From the NCBI GenBank assembly GCA_947632585.1, contig CANRPS010000002.1:8232-72231 (forward strand): DNA of 64,000 nucleotides, written 5' to 3'. The notes under the pieces were generated by a model. It was not told where the DNA came from and did not search any database. It saw only the letters and a list, made by a program, of their open reading frames with translations. Source of the stretch: an uncultured Clostridia bacterium. GTDB lineage: Bacteria > Bacillota > Clostridia > TANB77 > CAG-508. Below, one piece after another: positions 52,712-61,936 of the stretch (position 1 is its first letter; each line of letters opens with the position of its first letter). Both the position numbers and the translations under genes were made by a program.

Positions 52712-54061
52712 ATGATAAAATCAATAATTACAAGAGAAAAGTGTAAAGTAACAAGTAAAAAAGGAATAACATTAATAGCATTAGTGGTAACAATAATAGT
52801 GCTATTAATATTAGCAGGAATATCAATACAAATGTTAACAGGACAAAATGGAATACTAAAAAGAGCAGAAGAAGCTAAAATAAAAACAGAAATTGCTACA
52901 GAACAAGAACAAATTGAATTTGCTGTAGCTGAAGCACTAACAAAAGAAAATTTATATAATGAACTAACAAAAGAAAACTTAAAAGATGAATTAGTAAAAT
53001 TGTTTGATGAAAAAAATATAAATTTAGTTGATAATTCTAATGGAACTTTTTTATTAGAGCTTTTAGAGGAAAATAGAAAATATATTATTTCTAATGAAAA
53101 GGTGAAATTAATAGATTTAGAAGAAATTTTTAAAAACGCTAAAGCTCCAGATGAACAACAGATAGTAAGCAAAGATATAATAGGAATAGGTGCATTTGGA
53201 GAACAAGTTAATATGGATTTATGGGAATATACTTTATTAGAAGATGGTTCAATAGGATTAAATGATGAAATTGCTCTACAAGGTTCAAGTGAAGGGAGAA
53301 GTAGTGGATATTTAGGAAATTTAAATGAAGATGGTACAATCATTGGTGTAATTCCAATGTATATTAGTATAGATAAAGAAAAGAACTTTAGACCTGTTAC
53401 AAGTTTGGTACATACATTTTATAAATTAGATATTGTTAAGGCACCACCTATTCCTAGTACAGTTGTTAGAATGTCAGTAGCTTTTTATTATTGTGAAAAA
53501 TTAACTGAAGCTTGTGATGTTCCAAATAGTGTTGAAACTATAAATTATACTTTTTCAAATTGTAGTTCTCTTGAAAATATGCCTAATATTGGAAAAAATG
53601 TTAAAAACATGATTGGAACTTTTCAGGATGATACTTCTTTAAAAAATGTAAAATCTTTACCAGACTCTGTGACTGATTTGACTGGTGCATTTTTTGGATG
53701 TGATCATATTTTAAGTATACCAGAGATTCCTAAAAATGCTATAACACTCAAAAATGCTTTTACAAATTGTCAAATGGCGGTTAAAGGTCCGACTACTATT
53801 CCAAATAAAGTTGAAAATTTGACTGATGCATTTTATAATTGCCACAAATTAGTAAATCCTCCTAAAGAGATACCAGCTAGTGTAAAAAGTATGGATAGAG
53901 CGTTTAAAAATTGTAATTCATTTAATGGAACAATAGAAGTCAATGCAAATCCAGATAGTTATGCTGATTGCTTTATGGGAATACCAAGAGAAAATTTAAC
54001 ATTAATTGGTTCTAGTGACAATTTAGATGAATTAAAAGAACAATTGAAAGTTACAGAATAA
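52712..54061 (+). CDS. BspA-type leucine-rich-repeat surface protein with prepilin-like N-terminal anchor (paralog 2)
   Basis: Same 59-aa N-terminus as paralog 1. C-terminal LRR_5/BspA-like repeats (VPNSVETINYTFSNCSSLENMPNIGKNV ... IPKNAITLKNAFTNC). Confidence 0.7.
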   Translation: MIKSIITREKCKVTSKKGITLIALVVTIIVLLILAGISIQMLTGQNGILKRAEEAKIKTEIATEQEQIEFAVAEALTKENLYNELTKENLKDELVKLFDEKNINLVDNSNGTFLLELLEENRKYIISNEKVKLIDLEEIFKNAKAPDEQQIVSKDIIGIGAFGEQVNMDLWEYTLLEDGSIGLNDEIALQGSSEGRSSGYLGNLNEDGTIIGVIPMYISIDKEKNFRPVTSLVHTFYKLDIVKAPPIPSTVVRMSVAFYYCEKLTEACDVPNSVETINYTFSNCSSLENMPNIGKNVKNMIGTFQDDTSLKNVKSLPDSVTDLTGAFFGCDHILSIPEIPKNAITLKNAFTNCQMAVKGPTTIPNKVENLTDAFYNCHKLVNPPKEIPASVKSMDRAFKNCNSFNGTIEVNANPDSYADCFMGIPRENLTLIGSSDNLDELKEQLKVTE

Positions 54062-54088
54062 ATTTTTATAATAATAAAGAGAAAAGGA

Positions 54089-54128
54089 AACCGGAGGGGA
54101 ATTGTCCCCCTCCGGTTGGATTTTTCTG
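54089..54128. terminator. GC-rich bidirectional terminator at the edge of the GC-rich island
   Basis: aaccggaggggg/ccccctccggtt stem plus T5. Confidence 0.65.
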
Positions 54129-54156
54129 CGTGTTTTGAGCTCAAGTCGCGCAGTTC

Positions 54157-56304
54157 TTACTTGAAAAGTCGAGAGATGAAGTCGAGCAAGTTGTACTTGC
54201 TAAAGATTGACACACCAATCAAAGAAATGGTGCTCATAATCTTTATCAAGATGTCAAGAGAAGGTCCGACGGTATCTTTCAGAGGATCTCCAACGGTGTC
54301 ACCGACGACAGCCGCAACATGTGCAGAAGAGCCTTTCTTTCCCTGAGACTCGATATACTTTTTGGAATTGTCCCAAGCACCACCAGCATTGCCACAGAAA
54401 ATGGCAAGCATAATGGCGGAAATGGTAGATCCAATAAGTATTCCCGAGACGAAGTTCGGTCCGAGGATAAATCCAGAGACTATCGGAACTAGAATGGAAA
54501 TCAGGGCGGGGAGTTTCATCTCCGCTAAGGCTCCATTTGTTGCAATCTGAATGCAACGCTTGTAGTCTGGCTTGGAATTACCTTCACGCAAGCCGGGAAT
54601 TTCACGGAACTGCCTTCTCACTTCTTCAACCATTCTCTTTGCGGAGCTGCTAACAGCTTCGATTAGGAGACCGGAGAAGAAATACGAGATGGCTGCACCG
54701 ATCAAAGTCCCTGCAAGAGTTACAGGATTCATCAAATTCAGACTAACTTCCACATCAACAGGAGTGAAGCTATACAAGAACGAGATCATAAGCGAAACTG
54801 CAGCAAAAGCCGCAGAACCGATTGCAAATCCCTTTCCGATAGCAGCTGTTGTGTTGCCAACAGAGTCGAGCTTGTCGGTTATTTCTCTAACGTCATGGTC
54901 AAGTTTGGCCATTTCGGCAATTCCTCCGGCATTATCAGAAATCGGACCATATGTATCAACAGATACAGTGATAGCCACGAAACTGAGCATTCCGACAGCA
55001 GCCATGGCAGTGCCATAAATACCACTGAAGAAATAAGCTACCATGAGTGAACCACCGAGGACAATCAGAGAGAGCATCGTAGATTCCATACCAACAGCCA
55101 ATCCTTGAACAATCGTGATTGCAGAACCTTCTTTGGAGAAGAGTGCAATCTTTTTAGTGGGCTTGTAATCATATGAGGTATAATATTCGGCAATCATGCC
55201 AATTATGATACCCGCAACGACGCCAATCACACTTGATGCCCAAGGAGAGAGACTACCCAGCTTAAATGGAAGCTCACTAAAGTTTTGACCATTGAAGTAG
55301 AAAAGCGTGAACGCGAAGTTCAACACAATTGTGAGTCCAGCAGAAAGCCAAGTAGCGAAGTTGAGTTCTTTGTGCGGATCGGAACTATCTCCCTTGGAAA
55401 GCACGTAACCGAGCCCTACAATACAGGAGATCAAACCGAAAGCACAAAAAACCACTGGATACAGATAGAGCTTTTCCAACAGCTCTATGGAGAATCCTTT
55501 GCTCTTCGCAGCGAAGCTTATGAACAGATGTATCGCAAGCACCATAGCGCTTACAATTGCACCCATGTAGCTTTCAAGAAGGTCAGATCCAAGTCCGGCG
55601 GTATCACCGACATTGTCTCCAACACAATCTGCGATTACGGCAGGATTCCGAGGGTCGTCTTCGGGGATATTTTCTTCCGTTTTCCCAACAAGGTCTGCAC
55701 CCATGTCAGCTGCTTTGGTATAAATACCACCACCAACACGATTGAACATCGCAATGATGGAACAGCCAAGGGCATAGGATGAGAGAGTCATTGAGAATGG
55801 GACGAAAGAAATTCCACACCAGTTCGGTATTGCTTCCATTACGGAAAGTTGATCTTTGTACGTGGCATAGACTAAAACCAGTCCGATGAGAGCAAAGCTT
55901 GCGACACAGAGTCCCATGACAGAACCACCACGAAGTGCAACCTTCAGGGTTTTGCCAATGTGCTTGCTTCTCCTAGCCATGTTGGTGACTCTAACATTGG
56001 CATATGTCGCCATTTTCATGCCGACAAAGCCAGCCAGTCCGCTCATTACAGTGCCTGTAAGAAAGGCAACCGCACATGAAACAGAGAGGAGTACACCGAA
56101 ACAAAGAGCCAAGATTCCTACGACGACGATTAGCACTTTATACTCACTGAAGAGAAAGGTGCTAGCTCCAACGCGAATTGCGGATGCGATTTCGGACATA
56201 TCTGCAGTACCTTCGTCAAGAGATTCGACCTTGAAGAAGTTGTACATTGCGTAGAATGTTCCGAGAGCCGCAGCAGCCAGTACGAATAGCATCAAACTAC
56301 TCAC
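54157..56304 (-). CDS. hppA: Membrane-bound proton-translocating pyrophosphatase
   Basis: About 715 aa, about 16 TM helices. GNTTAAIGKGFAIGSAA and DxxGDPxKD motifs. About 50% GC versus 25% background. Start is uncertain: TTG 56319, GTG 56304 or ATG 56289. Confidence 0.8.
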   Translation of the reverse strand: MSSLMLFVLAAAALGTFYAMYNFFKVESLDEGTADMSEIASAIRVGASTFLFSEYKVLIVVVGILALCFGVLLSVSCAVAFLTGTVMSGLAGFVGMKMATYANVRVTNMARRSKHIGKTLKVALRGGSVMGLCVASFALIGLVLVYATYKDQLSVMEAIPNWCGISFVPFSMTLSSYALGCSIIAMFNRVGGGIYTKAADMGADLVGKTEENIPEDDPRNPAVIADCVGDNVGDTAGLGSDLLESYMGAIVSAMVLAIHLFISFAAKSKGFSIELLEKLYLYPVVFCAFGLISCIVGLGYVLSKGDSSDPHKELNFATWLSAGLTIVLNFAFTLFYFNGQNFSELPFKLGSLSPWASSVIGVVAGIIIGMIAEYYTSYDYKPTKKIALFSKEGSAITIVQGLAVGMESTMLSLIVLGGSLMVAYFFSGIYGTAMAAVGMLSFVAITVSVDTYGPISDNAGGIAEMAKLDHDVREITDKLDSVGNTTAAIGKGFAIGSAAFAAVSLMISFLYSFTPVDVEVSLNLMNPVTLAGTLIGAAISYFFSGLLIEAVSSSAKRMVEEVRRQFREIPGLREGNSKPDYKRCIQIATNGALAEMKLPALISILVPIVSGFILGPNFVSGILIGSTISAIMLAIFCGNAGGAWDNSKKYIESQGKKGSSAHVAAVVGDTVGDPLKDTVGPSLDILIKIMSTISLIGVSIFSKYNLLDFISRLFK

Positions 56305-56591
56305 ATGATTCAACTCCAATCTTGTTATGTGTTTATCAATGTTCCGTATTTGAGGTTACTTCTGCAAGGGAATCACCCCTTTCAATAGTCGGTCGGATTT
56401 TGCCTTTGAGTTACAACTTAGACTTCAAATCACCTCTTTCATATTTTAGTAAGAAAATCCCGAATAGCTGAATCAGCTAAACATAATAATTATACCAAAA
56501 AATAGCGAAAATGTCAATGTGTTGAAAGAACAGGTTGACATAAGAAAAAGCCTATATAAATATAAAAAAAACTCTAAAAATTATGTAAAAT

Positions 56592-56620
56592 TTGCAAAAA
56601 AAATTAATATGTGGTATAAT
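56592..56620 (+). promoter_or_regulatory. Sigma-A promoter (TTGCAA-17-TATAAT) for the M23 peptidase gene
   Basis: ttgcaa 56592-56597, 17-nt spacer, tataat 56615-56620. Overlaps the ORF-track start, which is therefore probably spurious. Confidence 0.5.
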
Positions 56621-56654
56621 AATAAACGTTTTGCTAAAAATAATAAAAAGGAGA

Positions 56655-57632
56655 GTGACATTTATTTTAAAAACAGAAAGAATATCGCGTAAAAAAGAAA
56701 TTTCGAAAATTATTAAAACAATATTTATATTTTTTTTATTGATATTAATAATGTTATTTATAAAGTTTAAATTAGCATATCGAGTGATAATTGATGGAAA
56801 AACTATAGGATATGTAGACAGCATAAATAAATTTGATAAATTGATTGAAGATACAATAATTGATAATAAAGAAGAAAATATAGCATATATTACATTAGAA
56901 AATGAACCTGAATATAAAATTAATTTTATACCTAGAGCAGAAACTATAGATGATGAGAAAGTTTTAGATGAGATAAAATCTAAATATAGTACAATAATGT
57001 ATAAATATTACGAAGTAGCATTAAACAATGAAACTAAGGCTTATGTAGATGAATTAGAAGAAGCATATGAAATAGTTGATGAAATGAAAAGTAAATATTA
57101 TTATGATAGTGAATTAGATTTTCAAATAAATGAAAAATATACTGAAGATATAGAGAATATAGGTACTGATACTTTAGAAAAGGCTACAGATATAATAGAA
57201 GTTGCAGCAAGTAAAATAGAAGAAAAAAATAATGCAATTGCAGTAATTAATGAAGTGAATTTTTCTTATTTACCAGTGAATGGAAGAATTACATCAAGAT
57301 ATGGAGAATCTAGTTCTTTAAGAAGATCCACACATACAGGTCTAGATATAGCTTGTGACTGGGGAACACCAATAAAGTCTGTTTCAACAGGAATAGTAAC
57401 ATTTGCTGGAAAAAGCGGTTCATATGGTAATTTAGTAAAAATAATGCATGAAAATGGTGTTGAAACGTGGTATGGACATTGTAGTAATATCTTTGTAACA
57501 GAAGGTCAAAATATTTTAGCAGGAGATGAAATTGCTGCAGTTGGATCTACAGGAAATTCAACAGGACCACATTTACATTTCGAAATAAGAATAAATGGGG
57601 AACCTATAAATCCGCAAGATTATATGTATTAA
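56655..57632 (+). CDS. M23-family peptidoglycan metalloendopeptidase, membrane-anchored
   Basis: HTGLDIA and GSTGNSTGPHLHFEI zinc-binding motifs. N-terminal TM. The true start codon is ambiguous (GTG 56655 is very close to the SD). Confidence 0.65.
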   Translation: MTFILKTERISRKKEISKIIKTIFIFFLLILIMLFIKFKLAYRVIIDGKTIGYVDSINKFDKLIEDTIIDNKEENIAYITLENEPEYKINFIPRAETIDDEKVLDEIKSKYSTIMYKYYEVALNNETKAYVDELEEAYEIVDEMKSKYYYDSELDFQINEKYTEDIENIGTDTLEKATDIIEVAASKIEEKNNAIAVINEVNFSYLPVNGRITSRYGESSSLRRSTHTGLDIACDWGTPIKSVSTGIVTFAGKSGSYGNLVKIMHENGVETWYGHCSNIFVTEGQNILAGDEIAAVGSTGNSTGPHLHFEIRINGEPINPQDYMY

Positions 57633-57718
57633 AATTTAATTTTTTTACTACTTGAATTTTATATTTGTTAATAGTATAATCCTTTTAAAATATATGAAAT
57701 AAGAAAAGGAAACAAAAA

Positions 57719-58294
57719 ATGGCAAATTCAAAATTAATAGTAGTAGAAGGAGCTCAAGGAACTGGCAAAACAACATACACAGACTATATAAGACATACTT
57801 TAAGTTATACAAACTTATATAGATTGGGTGGAACTTCAGACAATACAGAATCGGGTTTTTATAAGGCAAAACATATGTATGAAGTGTTATTAGATTATAT
57901 AGAAAATCTTCAAAACATGAGCATTAATTTACTTTTTGATAGAACATTTTTTTCAGAAGAAAATTATTGCAGATTAGGAAAAAAAGCATATTCATTTACA
58001 AGTGCATATAATGAGTTACTAGAAAAGTTTAGTAAATTAGATTTTGAAATTTTTTATATAACATTATATGTGGAAAATGAAAATGTATTTAATGAGAGAT
58101 TAAATAGAGAAGGAAAGGCAGCTTTTAAAAATTCTAGTTTTTCTATACAAAATAGTATAGATCAACAAAATGAATATTTAAAAATGGCTGAAGAAGTAAA
58201 AAATAAATACCCTAATATTCATGTAATAAATGTAAAAACTGATAGAGACATGAATGAAGTAAAAAATGAAATACGCAAAAATATAGGGTATTAA
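57719..58294 (+). CDS. P-loop NTPase/kinase-like protein (deoxynucleoside or nucleotide kinase fold)
   Basis: Walker A GAQGTGKTT at the N-terminus, about 190 aa. Confidence 0.45.
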   Translation: MANSKLIVVEGAQGTGKTTYTDYIRHTLSYTNLYRLGGTSDNTESGFYKAKHMYEVLLDYIENLQNMSINLLFDRTFFSEENYCRLGKKAYSFTSAYNELLEKFSKLDFEIFYITLYVENENVFNERLNREGKAAFKNSSFSIQNSIDQQNEYLKMAEEVKNKYPNIHVINVKTDRDMNEVKNEIRKNIGY

Positions 58295-58329
58295 GTATTA
58301 TATTTGAAAAATTTAAAAAAATAATATAT

Positions 58330-58930
58330 AATTATTAAAGATGGTGCATTATTCTAGTCATATTATTTATTGTGAGGGTGGGGCTAAAAATCCACTAAAG
58401 GGCATATTTAGGACTTTTTGTTTATGCGCAAAATGCCAGTTTTGTGTGTGAGTAGGAAGAATAAGTTAAGGGTATGATGTAGTGGCATATGTCAAATCCC
58501 TTATCTTGCCAAGACTTATTAAAATTTTTAAGTTAAACCTATGTGAGTGCCAAGACACGAAAGGCATAGAGTAGCCTGTCTTGAGTGAATGTATTGGAAT
58601 TATTTTTATGAATATGAAATTACATTTGCAAAAGAGACTAGCAATAAAACAAATATGTTAAGGAAAACTTCTAGGATGTTTATTCGTGATACGAATGAGA
58701 AAATTTAAGGATTAAGGTACGGATTTAAGTGGCTATCTGGTGGCTAAAAATAGATGCTTTTTTTAAATGGAAACGGCTATGTAGTAATATAATAGTAAAA
58801 AGCAGAGAAATTCGACCAGACCTAAACCGTAAAATTTACTTAGATTTTTACCATCTAAATAATTAAAATAATAGGGCGGTTTTTAACTGCCCTAAAAAAA
58901 TAAATAAAAATTGTTGTAAAAAATAAAAAA
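58330..58930 (+). ncRNA. ole: Candidate large structured ncRNA, possibly OLE RNA
   Basis: About 600 nt with no ORF. Markedly higher GC than AT-rich intergenic background. Immediately upstream of a 4-TM small membrane protein on the same strand, matching the known ole-oapA arrangement. dxs is also in the window. Confidence 0.4.
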
Positions 58931-59006
58931 GGAGGAATTGTTAGCATAATTTAAGCTAATAAAATAATACAAATTGCAAGAAAAAAAGAAAAATGAAAAT
59001 TCTAAT

Positions 59007-59525
59007 ATGAAATGGGTGATACAAGCTTTTTTATTAACATTTGTTTTATCAGGTATAGTGTCATTTATTTCTAATAATGGAGTAGAAAAATTAAATATTT
59101 TTTTATCAATAATAATTTTAGTAATTGTAATGCTAGTTGGAATTTTATTTGATATGTTAGGAGTGGCTGTAACAATTGCTCCAGAAGAAGAACTACATGC
59201 AAAAGCTACTAAAAAAGCTAAAGGAGCAAAAGCATCTTTGAAGCTTATTAAAAACTCCTCAAAAGTTGCGAATATTTGTGCTGATGTTATAGGAGATGTG
59301 TGTGGTGTCGTGAGTGGAGCTATAAGTGCAATGATTGCATTTAAAATTTCAAACACATATAATTTACCAAACAATATTCAATTTTTAATAAGTGCATTTG
59401 TTGCATCTATTACAGTAAGTGGAAAGGCTTTTGGAAAAGATATAGCTAAAAATAATGCTACTGAAATCGTATATTTAGTAGGGATAATATATAGTAAATT
59501 TAAAAAAGAAGAAAATAAAAAATAA
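59007..59525 (+). CDS. oapA: Small 4-TM membrane protein, candidate OLE-associated protein A
   Basis: About 172 aa from the ATG at 59007 (alternative TTG 58974). Four hydrophobic helices. Position directly after the candidate OLE RNA. Confidence 0.4.
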   Translation: MKWVIQAFLLTFVLSGIVSFISNNGVEKLNIFLSIIILVIVMLVGILFDMLGVAVTIAPEEELHAKATKKAKGAKASLKLIKNSSKVANICADVIGDVCGVVSGAISAMIAFKISNTYNLPNNIQFLISAFVASITVSGKAFGKDIAKNNATEIVYLVGIIYSKFKKEENKK

Positions 59526-59536
59526 AGGAATAATAA

Positions 59537-60487
59537 ATGAAAGTTAGTGTAATAATACCAGTTTATAATATAGAAAATTATATTGACAAATGTTTAGAAT
59601 CAGTAGTAAATCAGACTATTGATGAACTTGAAATAATCATTGTTAATGATGGTTCAACTGATTCATCAAAAGATGTAATAGACAAGTATATGGCAAAATA
59701 CAATAATAAAATAAAATATTTAGAAAAAGAAAATGGTGGACTTTCAAGTGCTAGAAATTATGGATTAAAGTATGCAACAGGAGAATATATAGCATTTCTT
59801 GATGGGGATGATTATATAGAATTAGATACATATAAAGAAATGTATGAAAAAGCCAAAAAAGAAAATGCTGATATGGTTGAATGTGATTTTTTATGGGAAT
59901 ACCCTAATAAAGTAAAAAAAGATATTGGTAAGATTTATTTATCAAAAAATGAAATGATAGAAAAAGTAAGAGTTGTTGCATGGAATAAATTAATAAAAAA
60001 AGAAATAATAGAAAAAGAAAATTTGGAATTCCCTGAAGGGTTAAGATACGAAGATATAGAATTTTGTTATAAATTAGTTCCGTATTTAAATAAAGTATCT
60101 TTTGTAAAAAAACCTTTTGTACATTATGTACAAAGGAAAACATCAATTGCAAATACACAAAATGTGAAAACAAAAGAAATCTTTATGATTCTTGATAATG
60201 TAATTAATTATTATAAAGAAAATAATATTTATGAAGAATATAAAAATGAATTAGAGTATATTTATACAAGATATTTATTGTGTAGTTCATTAAAAAGAAT
60301 GTGTAAAATAAAAAATAAATTGGAAAGAAAAAAAGCGTTAAATGAAACTTGGGAAAAATTAAATAATAGATTTCCAAATTGGAAAAAGAATAAAATATTA
60401 AAAAAATTTAATTTGAAAAATTTATATATAAGAAGTAATAATAAAATTACTTATAAAATTTATTGTTTTTTGTTAAATAAAATTTAA
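59537..60487 (+). CDS. Glycosyltransferase family 2
   Basis: VSVIIPVYNIENYIDKCLESVVNQT ... NDGSTD ... FLDGDD motifs. Confidence 0.8.
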   Translation: MKVSVIIPVYNIENYIDKCLESVVNQTIDELEIIIVNDGSTDSSKDVIDKYMAKYNNKIKYLEKENGGLSSARNYGLKYATGEYIAFLDGDDYIELDTYKEMYEKAKKENADMVECDFLWEYPNKVKKDIGKIYLSKNEMIEKVRVVAWNKLIKKEIIEKENLEFPEGLRYEDIEFCYKLVPYLNKVSFVKKPFVHYVQRKTSIANTQNVKTKEIFMILDNVINYYKENNIYEEYKNELEYIYTRYLLCSSLKRMCKIKNKLERKKALNETWEKLNNRFPNWKKNKILKKFNLKNLYIRSNNKITYKIYCFLLNKI

Positions 60488-60549
60488 TAAAAATAAAAAA
60501 ATAAAATAATAAAAAAATAATTAAAAATTAAAAATAGGAGAAATAATAT

Positions 60550-61935
60550 ATGAAGAAAAAAATAACTTTAGAAAATTTAATATGTTTATTTATTCTTTTA
60601 TGCCCAGTATTAGACATTGTAAGTTTTTTATTCAGAAATTATTTTAAAGTTACATTTTCTCCCAGCACGATAATAAGACCAATTATTCCTATCATATGTT
60701 TTATAATTTTATTTTTTAAAGAAAAAAATAAAAAACAAAAAATAATTATTATATTTATTTATATAATTTATTCAATAATACATTTAATAATTTTTCAAAA
60801 ATTACATAATGAAAGCTCATACGGAAATATAAAAAATGAATTTCAATATATAATTAATTATTCTTTTTTAATAATTAATTTATATTTATTTTATAAATTA
60901 ATAAAAAATAAACAAAAAATAAATAAAATAATTTATATAATTTTAATAATTTATATTTTTTCTTTATTTTTTTCAATTATAACAAAAACTTCAACTTCTA
61001 CTTATTTAGAAGGAATTGGTTATAAAGGATATTTTGAATCAGGAAATAGTTTATGTACAGTTTTACTATTATCCTTGTGTGTATTATTAAGTAATTTTAA
61101 TTTGACAGATTATAAAAAAACAATTTTAATAATATTAACAGGAATTTATTTGTGTTTTTTCTCGGGAATGAGAACAGGATTATTTGGATTCAGTTTAATT
61201 ATTTTTATTTATGTAATTTCAAAATTATTTACAAATATTAAATTGAATGTAATTATAAATAAAACTAAAATAATTTTAATTACTAGTTTTTTAATTATTA
61301 TGGTTATATCAATCTTTATATTTGGATCAAATATGTTGCAAAGAAGAAAAATGCTTAAGGAAGAAGCAGAAAAAAATATTGACTTAGAAACAATGGAACC
61401 AAGACGTGTTACTGGAGATATATTAGAAATATATAAAAAAATAAGAGATGGAAAACTAGAAGATGGATTCATGTCAGATGAAGAAAAAAATGCGATTATA
61501 GATTTATATAATTTTGCTGAAAAAATCAAATTATCAAATGTAGGAAATTTAAGAAAGTTGCAAATAATCTATAATATATTTTTAGTAAAAGAACAGAAAA
61601 ATATTGGATTAATTTTATTTGGAAATGGATATAAAAATCAAACAGGGGAATTGGTTGTTGAAATGGAAGTTCCAAGTATGTTACTTAATTTTGGAATATT
61701 TGGATTTGTTTTATATTTTGGACCATTTTTAACTATAATTTTATATAGTGGATATAAACTCTATGCTTATAGAAAAAAAATTGATGTTGAATTAGTTATG
61801 TATTTTGTAGGATGTGGTTTAGCTATTGCACTTTCTACACTTTCAGGATATGTATATTTTAACTTTTCTAGTATGACAATTACAATATTATTAAATGTAC
61901 TTTTATTAAAAAAAATAAAAGAATTGGAGAATTAA
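60550..61935 (+). CDS. O-antigen ligase/polymerase-like polytopic membrane protein (Wzy/WaaL family)
   Basis: About 12 TM helices with a central periplasmic-type loop. Embedded among glycosyltransferase genes. Confidence 0.5.
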   Translation: MKKKITLENLICLFILLCPVLDIVSFLFRNYFKVTFSPSTIIRPIIPIICFIILFFKEKNKKQKIIIIFIYIIYSIIHLIIFQKLHNESSYGNIKNEFQYIINYSFLIINLYLFYKLIKNKQKINKIIYIILIIYIFSLFFSIITKTSTSTYLEGIGYKGYFESGNSLCTVLLLSLCVLLSNFNLTDYKKTILIILTGIYLCFFSGMRTGLFGFSLIIFIYVISKLFTNIKLNVIINKTKIILITSFLIIMVISIFIFGSNMLQRRKMLKEEAEKNIDLETMEPRRVTGDILEIYKKIRDGKLEDGFMSDEEKNAIIDLYNFAEKIKLSNVGNLRKLQIIYNIFLVKEQKNIGLILFGNGYKNQTGELVVEMEVPSMLLNFGIFGFVLYFGPFLTIILYSGYKLYAYRKKIDVELVMYFVGCGLAIALSTLSGYVYFNFSSMTITILLNVLLLKKIKELEN

Positions 61936-61936
61936 A

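Noticed and set aside
54116-56471. Several long plus-strand ORFs (54116-54346, 54362-55018, 55285-56471) and minus-strand ORF 54299-54556
   Set aside because: They are antisense or alternative-frame ORFs inside the GC-rich hppA gene. High GC suppresses stop codons. None has an RBS or homology.
56592-56654. TTG start of the M23 peptidase ORF at 56592
   Set aside because: The sequence there is a near-consensus TTGCAA-17-TATAAT promoter followed by an SD. The coding start must be downstream.
58861-58900. Possible terminator hairpin tagggc...gcccta near the end of the GC-rich non-coding region
   Set aside because: The stem is short, with mismatches, and no T-tract follows on the plus strand. 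It may be part of the ncRNA structure rather than a terminator.
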